Assembly: GCA_964016885.1 (NCBI GenBank)
Contig: OZ024742.1
Location: 161,944,001 to 162,008,000 of the forward strand
Direction: 5' to 3'
Length of the DNA: 64,000 nucleotides
Origin: Eledone cirrhosa
Taxonomy: Eukaryota
The notes beneath the pieces are model-generated. The model had not been told where the DNA came from. It saw nothing but the letters and a program-made list of their open reading frames with translations, and made no database searches. A program made the translations under genes and the position numbers. Shown here in pieces: positions 1-12,500 of the stretch (positions are counted from its first letter, which is position 1; the number at the start of each line of letters is the position of its first letter).

Positions 1-64
1 ATATATATATACATATATATATACATATATATATATACACATATATATATATATACATATATAC

Positions 65-123
<59 letters not shown>

Positions 124-424
124 CATATACATATAAACATATATACATATATACATATATATACATATACATATATATACATATATACATATATACATAT
201 ATATATACATATATATATACATATATATATACATATATATATACATATATATATATATACATATATATAAATATATATATACATATATACATATATACAT
301 ATATACATATATATACATATAGACATATATATACATATATATAAATATACATATATATATATATATATATATACATATATACACATATATATATATATAT
401 ATATAAATATACATATATATATAT

Positions 425-491
<67 letters not shown>

Positions 492-552
492 CATATATAT
501 ATATAGAGACATATACATATATATATATATACATATATATATATACATATAT
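1..552. repeat. Degenerate (TA)n microsatellite with TACA interruptions
   Basis: Read directly from sequence. Confidence 0.97.
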
Positions 553-768
553 CGTTTCTGAATTTGTTTAGCAAGATTCTTTATCTGAAATCGTGTGTTG
601 AAACCGATATTGTTATACTTTGGGAGGGTCATGTTGCCAATAAGAAACACATGCACCAGTTGCTTTCACTTCAATTTATTATATATTTATAAATTTATAA
701 ATTTATAAATTTACAAACCTACAAATTTATAATTGGTTGGTTCCACAACCAGATAGTTGTTTATATAT

Positions 769-813
769 AGTCATAGTCCTTTCGTCACACACTCTGTGAC
801 CTCTTCAGTGACT
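769..813 (-). ncRNA. Minimal type I hammerhead ribozyme motif (family A pLTR)
   Basis: AGUCA-CUGAAGA-G-GUCAC/GUGAC-GAAA-GGAC-UA-UGACU. Confidence 0.75.
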
Positions 814-1203
814 GGGATTCCTTTCTTTGTTTCTGTGCCTTTCCTTTCTTCTGTCCTACGCCATTTTGTTTATGTGTGTGCTCAGTTTGCGCATGCGCCA
901 CATCCGGGTGTCTGTGTGTGTTTGTTTTCATTTATCTATTAGTTTATTTATTTATTTATTTACATGTTATTGGTTGGTTGTTTGTTCTATGTGTGTGTGT
1001 GTTTTCATTTTGTCCTTAATTGTAAGTTGTGATGTTGCTGTTCCATTCATATTTTCTATTTAATTTTGGTTGTAATTCTTTTATGTTTATTGCCTCTGTA
1101 ATTTGTCTAAACATTGCATCTTTTCTGTGTGTAGATTCTATTTTTATTTCTATGTTCTCTAATTTACCCTTGTGTTCTATCTTAGCATGTTGGTAGAGTA
1201 CAG

Positions 1204-2095
1204 ATGACTTCCAAACATCTGATCCACCGAAACTCGGCCATTTCGGACCATACCAAAATCAACATACTGATTGCGTATTTGGTACGGGTGATGCGAAATG
1301 TGTCCCGCATGTGCAACCCCGAAGAACTAGAGAGACACATACAATACTTCATCCACCGTATGCAGTTCTCTGGCTACAATCAGAGAGATGAAATCAGAGT
1401 GTATAGAGGAGCCAGAACCAAATGGGAAAAAATGGTAAATAATGACATAAATGGGACCTGCCCCTTGTATAGGAGCAAATTTTGGAATAGAATAGAAAGA
1501 ACTAGGAACAAGGCCAATAGAATAAACTCATGGTATGATAGCAATAAATACCAGAGTGTAATGTTCATCGATACAACCCCTAGAGGCGAACTAGCCTACA
1601 AATTTAGAAGGGCCCTAAATAAACATAAACTCAATATTAAGATAGTAGAAAGACCAGGTACCTCCGTAAAAACACTTATTAGCAAGACATACCCGTTTCA
1701 AAGACCCTCATGTATAGATAAGAAATGTATAACCTGTGAAATAAGCCTCCATATTAACTGTAAAACTAGAAATGTAGTGTATAGCATAAGATGTACTGAA
1801 GGACAATGTAGAAACAAAAATATAGTGTACATAGGTGAGACAGCTCGTAGTAATGGGGAAACGGATAAATGAACACTGGCGAGACCTTCAAGATAATAAA
1901 GAATCATCTGTACTCTACCAACATGCTAAGATAGAACACAAGGGTAAATTAGAGAACATAGAAATAAAAATAGAATCTACACACAGAAAAGATGCAATGT
2001 TTAGACAAATTACAGAGGCAATAAACATAAAAGAATTACAACCAAAATTAAATAGAAAATATGAGTGGAACAGCAACATCACAACTTACAATTAA
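1204..2095 (+). pseudogene. 5'-truncated, frameshifted PLE RT-thumb/GIY-YIG ORF
   Basis: Two overlapping ORFs, collinear with the uninterrupted ORF at 27067-29332. Confidence 0.88.
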
Positions 2096-2307
2096 GGACA
2101 AAATGAAAACACACACACACATAGAACAAACAACCAACCAATAACATGTAAATAAATAAATAAATAAACTAATAGATAAATGAACATAAACACACACAGA
2201 CACCCGGATATGGCGCATGCGCAAACTGTGCACACAACACACACACATAAACAAAATGGCGTAGGACAGAAGAAAGGAAAGGCACAGAAACAAAGAAAGG
2301 AATCCCC

Positions 2308-2352
2308 AGTCACTGAAGAGGTCACAGAGTGTGTGACGAAAGGACTATGACT
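2308..2352 (+). ncRNA. Minimal type I hammerhead ribozyme motif (family A pLTR)
   Basis: agtca CTGAAGA g gtcac agagtgt gtgac GAAA ggac ta tgact; stems I and II pair perfectly. Confidence 0.75.
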
Positions 2353-2505
2353 ATATATAAACAACTATCTGGTTGTGGAACCAACCAATTATAAATTTGT
2401 AGATTTGTAAATTTATAAATTTATAAATATATAATAAATTGAAGTGAAAGCTACTGGTGCGTGTGTTTCTTATTGGCAACATGACCCTCCCAAAGTATAA
2501 CAATA

Positions 2506-2536
2506 TATACATATATATATACATATATATATATAC

Positions 2537-2619
<83 letters not shown>

Positions 2620-2646
2620 CATATACATATACATATATATATATAT

Positions 2647-2679
<33 letters not shown>

Positions 2680-3007
2680 TATACATAGTTGAAAATTGCA
2701 AACTCGACTGTCACCACATATCATGAACCTGAAGATTGCGAAAGCATGAAAGTACTTGTTCAATTAACACTTAGAATTTAATATTCTATCATACTATTTC
2801 ATTATAATACCATATTATATATATTTTAAAGGATTGTAAATAAAACGAGTAAATCAGACAAAGTTGGAATTCCTCTTATTAATATAATCTTCTATACACA
2901 ATCATACACACCCGTGTATATTTACCTATCTATATCTATATACATATACATATATACATATACATATATACATATACATATACATATATATATATATACA
3001 TATATAC

Positions 3008-3039
<32 letters not shown>

Positions 3040-3157
3040 ACATATACATATATATACATATATATATACATATATATATACATATATATATATATACATA
3101 TATATATATACATATATATATATATACATATATACATATATACATATATATATATAC

Positions 3158-3205
<48 letters not shown>

Positions 3206-3425
3206 ACATATACATATATATACATATATATATACATATATATATACATATATATATATATACATATATATATATACATATATATATATATACATATATA
3301 CATATATACATATATATATATACATATATATATACATATATATATATATATACATATATACATATTTATATATATACACATATATATATATATACGTATA
3401 TATATATATAGATATATATATATAC

Positions 3426-3490
<65 letters not shown>

Positions 3491-3510
3491 CATATATATA
3501 TCGATATGTA
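2506..3510. repeat. (TA)n/TACA tracts interrupted by a unique island at 2687-2925
   Basis: Read directly from sequence. Confidence 0.95.
2724..2762 (+). ncRNA. Minimal hammerhead ribozyme motif in a small TA-flanked island
   Basis: TGAAC CTGAAGA t TGC gaaa GCA t GAAA GTAC TT GTTCA: 5-bp stem I, GAAA-capped stem II, palindromic AGTACT helix III. Confidence 0.7.
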
Positions 3511-3607
3511 TAACTTTGAATAACTTTGAATAACTTTGAAATGTTTTGGCCAGTATTGGCCCAGGCCATGTCTAACTTAATAGCACCACCTGGCGAAGTC
3601 TTTCAAT

Positions 3608-6570
3608 TCAGGATTTGGGCACCATGGCCCATTCGAGAAGAGAATTACTGTTTGCGGAGACATATCCGGGTATGGGTGGTTTGTCCGGGATTACTTGGAG
3701 GAATTTGTCCAAAGACTTCTTGAATTTTGTGTGGTCAGTTTCTGTTTTGACGTGTCCTGGTGTGATGTTGAAGAGAGCAGGGCCGATTGAGGTGAAATAA
3801 TTGTGCCGTATTGTTGTTATGAGTTGCGATTTAGATTTTTGAATGGGACGGATAGCACGGGGCCCAAGCCTTGGGTGTATCTTGAAGGCGATGCCAACAT
3901 CATTTGGGCAGTGATGATGGAACATTTTCCACATCATGCAGATAATATAACGCTCACGGCGACGTTGGAGTGAGTAAAGTTTCAACTTTTCTAGTCGACC
4001 CCAGTAGTCAAGGTCTGACCTGCCATCTATCTTTTTCGTGATTGCCCTTTGAGGAGCTTCAAGTTTCATGATACTTTGTTTCGTGTGGGGAGACCACAGT
4101 GGACAACAGTATTCAAGGTGTGGTCGGGCAAAAGTAGAGAAGAGAAGGATAATGGTGTGGGAATCTCTCGACTGGAAGGTTCTGAGGATCCAGGAACACA
4201 TTCTGCGGGCCATGTCAACTTTGCTGCTTATATGCGTGGTCCAGCTTATGTTGCTGTCCACGGTTACTCCCAAGTCTCTGATGTTGTTAGATGCCACGAG
4301 AGTTTCCCCGGAGGGAAGGGAGTACGGGAGTTTCAGAGCATCCTCTTTTCCAAAGTGGATCAGTTCGAATTTGTCTTCGTTCAGTAACATGTTGTTCTTT
4401 TCCACCCATTGGGTAACAGCCAGTAGGTCTGACTGAAGGCTTATCCGGTCATCCACGCCATTGATGACCTTTTGGAGCTTGGAATCATCAGCGAAAATTT
4501 TAATGTTGCTGTGTTTCATGATGTCAGTGATGTCATTAATATAGATGATGAAGAGAAGTGGGCCCAACACAGTGCCTTGTGGGACCCCACTACTGACTTT
4601 GGCTGGGCTGGATTTGACTCCCTCAACTACAACATGTTGGGTTCTGTTTGACAGGAAGCTCTTGATCCACTGCAGCAGCTTTCCAGTGACACCAATATTG
4701 GACAGCTTTCTCAGTAGAATGTTATGATCAACCCTGTCAAAGGCCTTGCTGAAATCAAGGTAGATAACATCAGTGTTGGAACCCTCTCCCAAGGCTCTCA
4801 AAATGTCATCAAAGTGATGCAGTAGCTGCGTCAGGCAATCCCTTCCATTACGGAATCCATGCTTGTTGGAGTTCAGCATATTGTTACTCTCAAGGAAGTG
4901 GGTCATTCGCGATCTCACCACTCTCTCAAATACCTTAATGATATGAGAGGTGAGTGAGATTGGACGGTAATTCACGGCAAGGGATTTGTTTCCCTTTTTG
5001 AAAACTGGGACAACAGACTGGGATAGAAGGTTTTCTGGCACATATCCAGCATCCAGTGAGTTCCGCCACAGATTGGCAAGAGGAGATGCAAGTTGGTGTT
5101 GACACGTCTTCAAGACACAAGCAGGGAACCTATCGGGATCTACTGCTGAATTATGCTTGATTTCCTTTATTGCCGCCAAGACATCAGGGGCGCCAAACGT
5201 TATGTCCGATAAGGTGTAATGGGGAGTAACATCGCCGATACAGCCCAGATCGGCCATATCAGGATTGCTGAAAACAGAGCAGTATTGTTTCTGCAGTATC
5301 TCACCCATGGTTTTAGCATTGTCTTGAAGAGTGCCATTTTCATCAATTAGAGGGCCAACAGTAGAGCCAGTGATTTTGTGTTTTTTTTTGCAAATGAAAA
5401 GAACACTTTGGGATTGAGTTTGATCTTCTCAATGGCCCAGGCCTCTTCAGCTCTTCTCTGATTGTTGATGAGGGACATTATGTTGTTTTGGAGGTTATGT
5501 TTTTTAATCTCTAGTGATGAAATGGCAGTCAAATTGATGTGTTGCTGCTGACAGTATTTCAGCTTGTTGATTTTTTTTGTGTTCGTTCTCTTAATTTTTC
5601 TGATGAGCGTTTTTCTATTTCTAGGGATTCTGCTCTTAGATTTGTTTATAGTTCTTAATGGGGTGTGTTTAGCACATATGTTTGTAACAGTGTCCACAAA
5701 TGTCTGCCAGGACTTTTTGATGTTAGTGGGTGTATGAGTGTGCGTGAAGGACCAGTCGACATGTGCAAGATCATGACTGATCGCTTCCCAGTTTGCATTG
5801 TGGAAATCCATAGCGTCAAACGGATGGACAGGAGAGATGACATTGGGTTTGTATATTGGACGGTGGAATCTCAGATCACAGAGAACCATGTCATGATCAG
5901 AGAGTAGAGTTTTCTCCACTGCAATATTGTGGATATTGTCAGTGTGATTGCTGAAAATTAAGTCTAGGACGTTTTTGTGGCACCTCGTTGGTTCGAGCAC
6001 CAGTTGGGATAGGAAGAAATCATCCATGAAGTCAAGAAGCGATTCCACTGCTTCCCTGTCAGAGGTTGAGGCAGAAGAACCTGGTGGCAGGCTGTTTGTG
6101 GACCAGTCAACTCCGGGGAGGTTGAAGTCCCCCCATCATTAAGATGTTGTCAGGGTGACACTCTTGGATGAAACACTTTATGCTGTTGAGGCATTCCTTG
6201 AAGCATGGTACAGGCGTTTGGGGTGGCCTATAGAGCCCAACTACTAATAGGTTGTTGGTTTGACTGAATACAGTGACTGCTTCACAGTATCCATTAGTGA
6301 ATATGTTCATAGCCTCTGTTGAGAAAGAATTATGGACATAAATGGCAGTTCCGCCCTTTCTTCTGCCAGCGCGATCAGCACGGATGGCTTTGAAATTTTT
6401 CACTTTCACCTCGGCTTCCAAGTGGAGGTTACTGAGATGGGTTTCAGTGAGGACGAAGAAAGGGATGTGGTTTGGATGGACATCAATCCAGTCCTCCAGG
6501 AATTTGATCTTCTATTTTTGAGTATTGGTGGAAGGGCTGATGCCTTGGGCGTTAAGCAAAAATGTAGAGG
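3608..6570 (-). pseudogene. LINE ORF2: apurinic-type endonuclease plus reverse transcriptase, frameshifted
   Basis: APE motifs (LTETHL, RADR..GGTAIY, YRPP, LDL, SDH) and RT motifs (YRPISLTS, DFSKAFD, GVPQGTVLGP, FADD), split across ORFs 6107-6421, 5347-6048 and 3608-5308. Confidence 0.92.
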
Positions 6571-6621
6571 CGAGAGTGGATGGTTTTAATTGTTTTGGTG
6601 TGTTGTTAATTTGTTTGTTTG

Positions 6622-7246
6622 TTAATGGCAGCAATGGGAGTTTGTGCAGTGGGGTGATAGTGGAGGGTGGTGCTGGGTGATAGCTCGAATGTTTTTTTCC
6701 AGTTCTTTTGCCAGATTCATTATGGCTAAAAAAGAGGAAGAAGTTTCCTGTTTAGAAGACTGTTGGTGACTGTGGTAGTGGTTATTTTTATGTAGGTTAT
6801 GGTTTTTGTTTTTGCTTTTATTTTTAATTTTATTTTCATTTGTCCGACGGGTCCCCGGGAGATGGGTAAAGGGACAATCCCGGTCTAAACACAATCTGTC
6901 TCGCAGGGAAAAGCGGTAGATTTGTGGATTCCTTGTTTGAGTCATTGGTGGTTGTGTTGGTGTTAAATTAGAGTATGTATTATGGTGGTGGCTGTTTGTG
7001 GGGATAGATCGTTTTGTCCTAGGTAAATGGGTGAATTTGCAGCCACTATCCGTACATATTCTATAGCGTAGAGAGTAGCGGCAAATGATGGGGTTTCGAG
7101 TGGGTGGGTATGTGGGTGTGTGTGTTGTGAGAGGTGTAGATGATGGTTTGAGTAGGATTTGACGACCTTTGTGGACTGTGGGAGGGAGAGTTCTTGTTCT
7201 GGTATTAGAAGGTAAATTCCTTGACATAGCAGTAGACAAAAATGTT

Positions 7247-7280
<34 letters not shown>

Positions 7281-7772
7281 GCAGAGAAGATGTTGGCAGT
7301 GGTGATGATTGGACTGCTGGGCCAGAGAAAGGATGTGGCGTTTCATGCTGTGAGACAGAGGCTACTGGGAGGTCAATAGTTTCATTTAGTAGATCGGCCA
7401 TTGTTGATGAATCAAGGAGTGGTTCACACTGTTGTTGTCGTTGTTGTTGTTGTTGCTGTTGTTGTAGCTGTTGTTGTTGTTGCCGTTGTAGCTGCTGTTG
7501 TTGTTGTTGCTGCTGCTGGACAGCATTCGAAGAAAAAACACACCGTAGTTTATCCAAATGTTTATTGATTAATTTAAAAGCAATTTCGATTTGCTTTAAT
7601 TTATTTTGAATCTGTTGTTCAGATCGAGTTTTCAAAAGTTGAACTGTACGTTTAGCAATGTCGTTCAGAGATGAAGCATCTATGTCTTCTGTTTGGGTAA
7701 GGCAATGCCATGTGTTAGAATGTCGATTTCATTATCAGACCAGTTCTGTTTGGATTTTTGCTGGTTAGCCAT
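6622..7772 (-). pseudogene. LINE ORF1: Myb/SANT-like N-terminus, polyQ, polyT and two CCCH-like fingers (one frameshift near 7712)
   Basis: ATG at 7772 (MANQQKSKQNWSDNEIDIL); shifted frame continues into the 6622-7635 ORF; CRYSLRYRICTDSGCKFTH plus a second diverged copy. Confidence 0.7.
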
Positions 7773-7874
7773 TCTAGTTTTGAGTGTGTGTGTTTTAGTT
7801 AAGTATTTCAATATATATATATTTTTTTAAATTTATTTTTGTTTTTTGTTTTTCTTGTGTGTGAGTGAGAAGAG

Positions 7875-7891
7875 TATATATATAAATATGA

Positions 7892-7929
<38 letters not shown>

Positions 7930-8161
7930 TCTGGTTATTTGAAATTAATTAAATTAATGAAAAGACGAAAGTATATAATAATAAAAACACGTCCTTATAC
8001 TTCAACTGCTCAACTCATATATATATATACATATATAACTGCTCAACATATATATATATATACAAATATATATATACATATATATATATATACATATCTA
8101 TATATATATACATATATATATACATATATATATACATATATATATACATATATATATACAC

Positions 8162-8224
<63 letters not shown>

Positions 8225-8265
8225 TATATACATATATATATAGAGAGACATATACATATATATAC

Positions 8266-8328
<63 letters not shown>

Positions 8329-8329
8329 C

Positions 8330-8400
<71 letters not shown>

Positions 8401-8443
8401 CATATTCATATACATATACATATATATATATACATATATATAA

Positions 8444-8478
<35 letters not shown>

Positions 8479-8834
8479 CATATATACATAAATATATATA
8501 TACATAAATATATATATACATATATATACATAAATATATATATACATATATATATATACATATACATATATATACATATATATACATATACATATATATA
8601 CATAAATATATATATACATATATACATAAATATATATATACATATATATACATATACATATACATATATATACATATACATATATATACATATACATATA
8701 CATATACATATATATATATATACATATACATATATATACATATATATACATATACATATATATACATATATATATATACATATATATATACATATATATA
8801 TATAAATATATATATACATATATATACATATATA
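7875..8834. repeat. (TA)n/TACA tract with a small unique island at 7930-8047
   Basis: Read directly from sequence. Confidence 0.95.
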
Positions 8835-8982
8835 GATTTTGAGTTTATGTTGGTTGTATACCAACACCTCTGTATGCAGCCTGGAGCACTCGACGAAGTG
8901 CGCAGGTTGGTTTTGTTACTCCGGAGTAGTGTAAAATAAAGTTAAATAAAAGTCAAATGATTAAAATTTAGCTTCGTTTATT

Positions 8983-9037
8983 ACTGCTATATATATTTCA
9001 GTGACAGCCATCTTTGGCTGTGACCTCTTCAGGCAGT
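8983..9037 (-). ncRNA. Type I hammerhead ribozyme motif
   Basis: ACUGC CUGAAGA G GUCACAGCC aaagau GGCUGUCAC U GAAA UAUAUA UA GCAGU. Confidence 0.8.
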
Positions 9038-10262
9038 TTGAATTAGTATGGTATAGACAAGTACATATGTTGTTTAGGTGTATAATATTGTCAATACTCT
9101 GATATGCCCAGTTCTTTGTTGGGTTATTTCACTGAGGAACTGGAGTCATATGAATTCAAACAAACGAATTTCAGTGTCAAAGGTCCTCTTCTCCTCTCAT
9201 TGGTCAGTTATTAGAACATTCCTCATTGTAAGTGTTGTTATTGTTGGAGTTAGCTTAAAAATTGATAAAATGGTAGAAAGGACAAGGTGTTAAAGGAACA
9301 AAACAACAAAAAAAGTGTCAAACTTCCCATTGGTCTGTTCTGAGAGCATTCCTCAGTCAGAAGTCTATAGAATTCTTTCTTGGGTGAGGCTCCCTGTAGT
9401 GTTTTTGCCTGCTATTGTTCAGTACATTTGACCTCTACCATTATTTTTGTAGTGTTGTTGGTGTTGTGGTCAGCTTATATCTTGCTGCTGCTAACAATTT
9501 ATAAGTATCCAGTGTGTGTTTTTTCTTCATCCCTCCTGCCACCATCATAGTGGTGGTGGTGGTGGTGGTGGTGGTGGTGGGGGGGGGGGGGTTCTTCCAT
9601 GTATATGAAGAAATATAAGGCAATAAATGAAGAAAACAGAAAATAAATAAATAATATAATAAAATAATTAATATAATTTGTATAATCTGAAAATAAATAA
9701 ATAAATAGAGAATAAAGAATAAAGAATAAAGAAAAAATGAAAAATTGGTGAAAAAGTAATGAAAATGAATATGGAGAAGTCAGAAATAATGTAGGATAAA
9801 GTGTGTGTGTGCTATAACCAATCTCAAAGTCAGAATATGTTGGATAGATTGGTATGAGACAAGATGTTAAGATGAGATAATCAAACTAAATGTGTTTGTG
9901 TTATAATCAATCTCCACTTAAAAATAAATATAAGGTAATACAGTGAAGAGGGCAGAAAACAAATAACAAATTAATAAAGAGAAATCAAGATTTAAGATTG
10001 GAATTTGAAAATCAGAAATCTAGTAAATTAAAAGTGTTTGTGTTATATAGATGTTGGCCAAATTATAATGGCTGTGTCCGATTCTATCTCTAGGCTATCA
10101 TGGTGTCTGCTCAGCCTGGGTTGTTCCCTATGGCTTGAGGGGAGTTCACAACCTAGGGTGTTGTTACTGCCCATATAGCTTGAGGGAGGTCTGGCCGAGA
10201 GGTGTTTTCATGTTCTGTAGAAGTCCCTATAGCTTGAGGGGAGTTCACATCTTCTTGTGTTG

Positions 10263-12500
10263 CTACTGTCCACATATCCTGAGAAAGGTCCCGGCTCTAA
10301 GGTGTCTGCATGTCCCGAAGAAGTCGGTTCTGAGGTTTATCAGGCCGCTTCCACCTCTTAGTATCTCGAGGGTCTCGTTCAGGCATAGTTTGCATATGCA
10401 AGATCCCCCTTTATCGGGTGGTACTTTCCTGATTATGTACCAGGCCAGAGAGTATGGGGTCCTGTCCAGCTTAAGCTTCCAGATCAGGTCGGAGAGAGCT
10501 GTGCTTTTCCTTTTGGCCTCCTTCTTGAATGAATGGCGATGGTTGTACCAGCGGTCTTTAAAGCTCGTTGATGTGGCTCCTATGTAGAGGTGTTCGGAGT
10601 TGGGGGTTTTAACCCTACAACCGTACACTGGGTTCTTCTTGAGGCATTCATTACCAAGGGGGCATGATTCGGGGTTTCTGCAGTTGCAGAGGGTGTTCGG
10701 CCTCTGCGTGCCTAGATTAGGGTTCCCGTTATGTATTACATGTTGGTCTTCCCCCAGGCTCGGTGGGGGGTCCTCGGGTCTGTTTGGGTTTCTTGGGTCG
10801 GCTCTGGGTCCCCCCTTCCATCCTTTCACATGGTTCTGCTGAGTGTTTGTATTGCCATCTTCTGGTTGTGTGTGGTTTTTAAGCCTACTTCTGTTGATGC
10901 TAGCTATGTGTTGGGCCAAATTTCTCGTGGTGGAATACGAAAGCTTCACAGTGTGTCTGTTGAAGATCCTGTGGTATCTGTGGTCCCTCGGGAAGCATTT
11001 GTCAAGTGCTCCAAAGAATAATCGGGCCAAGCTTTTCTTTAGGGCCGCTGAGTAGGGTGGGTTGTACCACGTGATTTTTCGGTGTCTCCTCCTATATGTG
11101 TGGGTCGGGGGCTTCGTGATTTGTTGGAGATTTGTTGGGTTGCTGGTGATTTCCGCACTGTTGCTTCCCCTTTGGGCTCTATGCTTTTTGTTATCTTCGC
11201 GGCCCGAATTTGTGGGGTGGTCGTTGTCCGCCCCGGGAGATCCATCGTGGGGTGGTCGCCCGTTTCCTCCCCCCACGTGTCCTGCGGTTGGGGTCGTTCG
11301 TCCTGGGGTGGTTAGCATCACGCCTGAGACTGCTACTCATATTGTGCTCCATCTCGTGGTCAAGCGCACTAGTCCCCACCGCCCGTGTGGTGGTGTCGGG
11401 CACATGGTGCCTATTTGATTCTGCTCTGCCTGTATTGTTAGGGTTCGCCCTCCCCCGCCCGGGCAACGCGGTTGTGGGTGTCTGTTGGGCTATCCACCTC
11501 CCGGCTTTTCGGACTATATGTTATATTTTGGCCATGTGCTGCCTTCTTTAGAGCTGCGTTGTAATATTCCGCGTGGTTATTGAATATTTCCATACTTGCG
11601 GACAGGCTGGAGATCCTGTCCCAGACACTCTTCACCTCTGCCTTGGTTATGGATCTAGGGTGGTTTGATTTGGCGTTAACATATACGAGTTTCTCGTTGG
11701 GCTTGTGGTAGGGGTAGTATTGCTCGGTGTTCAGGTTTAGGGTGGTGTCTAGGAAGTTAACTACCTTCCTATTTGGGTCTATTTCTATGCTGAGCCCCTG
11801 GTTCTTAAAGAAATGGCGAATACGCCTCCTCATACCCTCCAACATATTGGTGCTGTGGTCATATACTGTGAATAGAGCATCGTCACGATATAATCCGCCG
11901 CCCAGGCAGGGGATTTCATCTTTTATCTGCTTCAGCAGGTAGAGCCCAACCAGGTCCGTTACCAATCACTTCTGGTCCAAAGGTCTCCATCGAAGCGGAT
12001 TAAGGTCTTTCTTGCGGCGTGGATGATGCTCACCTCCTCTCGGGTTAGGTCCGTATTGGACATCACTAAAAATAGGGCCTTATTAAGTACTATGGGTGAG
12101 ATTGAGGAGTAGTAGCTTGCGATGTCCAGTTGTATAAAGCTGGTCCTACTTTTCTCATGCAGTATTGTGAACCATTCTATTACTTCTCTCGTGCATGACT
12201 ATTGCTGTAATTTGGTTTACTTCCGAAGCTTGGGCAAAATCCTATCCAGTATTCTTTTACTGACGATCTCTAGGTCAGATCTGGAGGGGCTATTAGTCTG
12301 ACAGGGAGGTCGGACTCAAAGTTTGGCTTGTGGTCTTTAAGGGTAATCCGCGGCTCTCTTGGTTGATATGGGGCCGTCCTGTCCTCTATGCCGATCTGGA
12401 TATAATCCTGTAAGCTGTGGCATTGATCTCATCCAGGGTAAATCCAGGTGTTTTTTGTAGCACTTTCTCAGTGCCCTGAGGATTATCTTATTGTACAGTT
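10263..12500 (-). pseudogene. Disrupted PLE RT plus GIY-YIG ORF (family B)
   Basis: ORF fragments 11438-11965 and 10263-11321, with degenerate RT N-terminal sequence to ~12500. Confidence 0.85.

Larger units (their letters stand above)
553..2505. mobile_element. Penelope-like element family A (probably Naiad-type), inverted structure: minus-strand 3' piece 553-1207 joined to plus-strand ORF fragment and pLTR 1204-2505
   Basis: ORFs 1204-1872 and 1835-2095 encode RT thumb, Cys linker and GIY-YIG endonuclease (NVVYSIRC...YIGET, R-x-x-x-E, LNRKYEW). 610-1207 is the reverse complement of ~1900-2505. ATGA microhomology at the junction. Confidence 0.9.
3511..7874 (-). mobile_element. Near full-length CR1-group (CR1/L2-like) LINE
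   Basis: ORF1 plus frameshifted APE-RT ORF2, short 3' UTR, (TTCAAAGTTA)3 tail at 3511-3540, TA tracts on both sides. Confidence 0.9.

Noticed and set aside
7930-8047. Small island with gac-GAAA-GTATA-TA-ATAATAAA resembling the 3' half of a hammerhead
   Set aside because: No CUGANGA or stem partner upstream; possibly a truncated pLTR but not supportable.
9125-9365. CTGAGGA motifs and a short diverged repeat (CATTGGTC...CATTCCTCA)
   Set aside because: Could not assemble three helices with a correctly placed GAAA.
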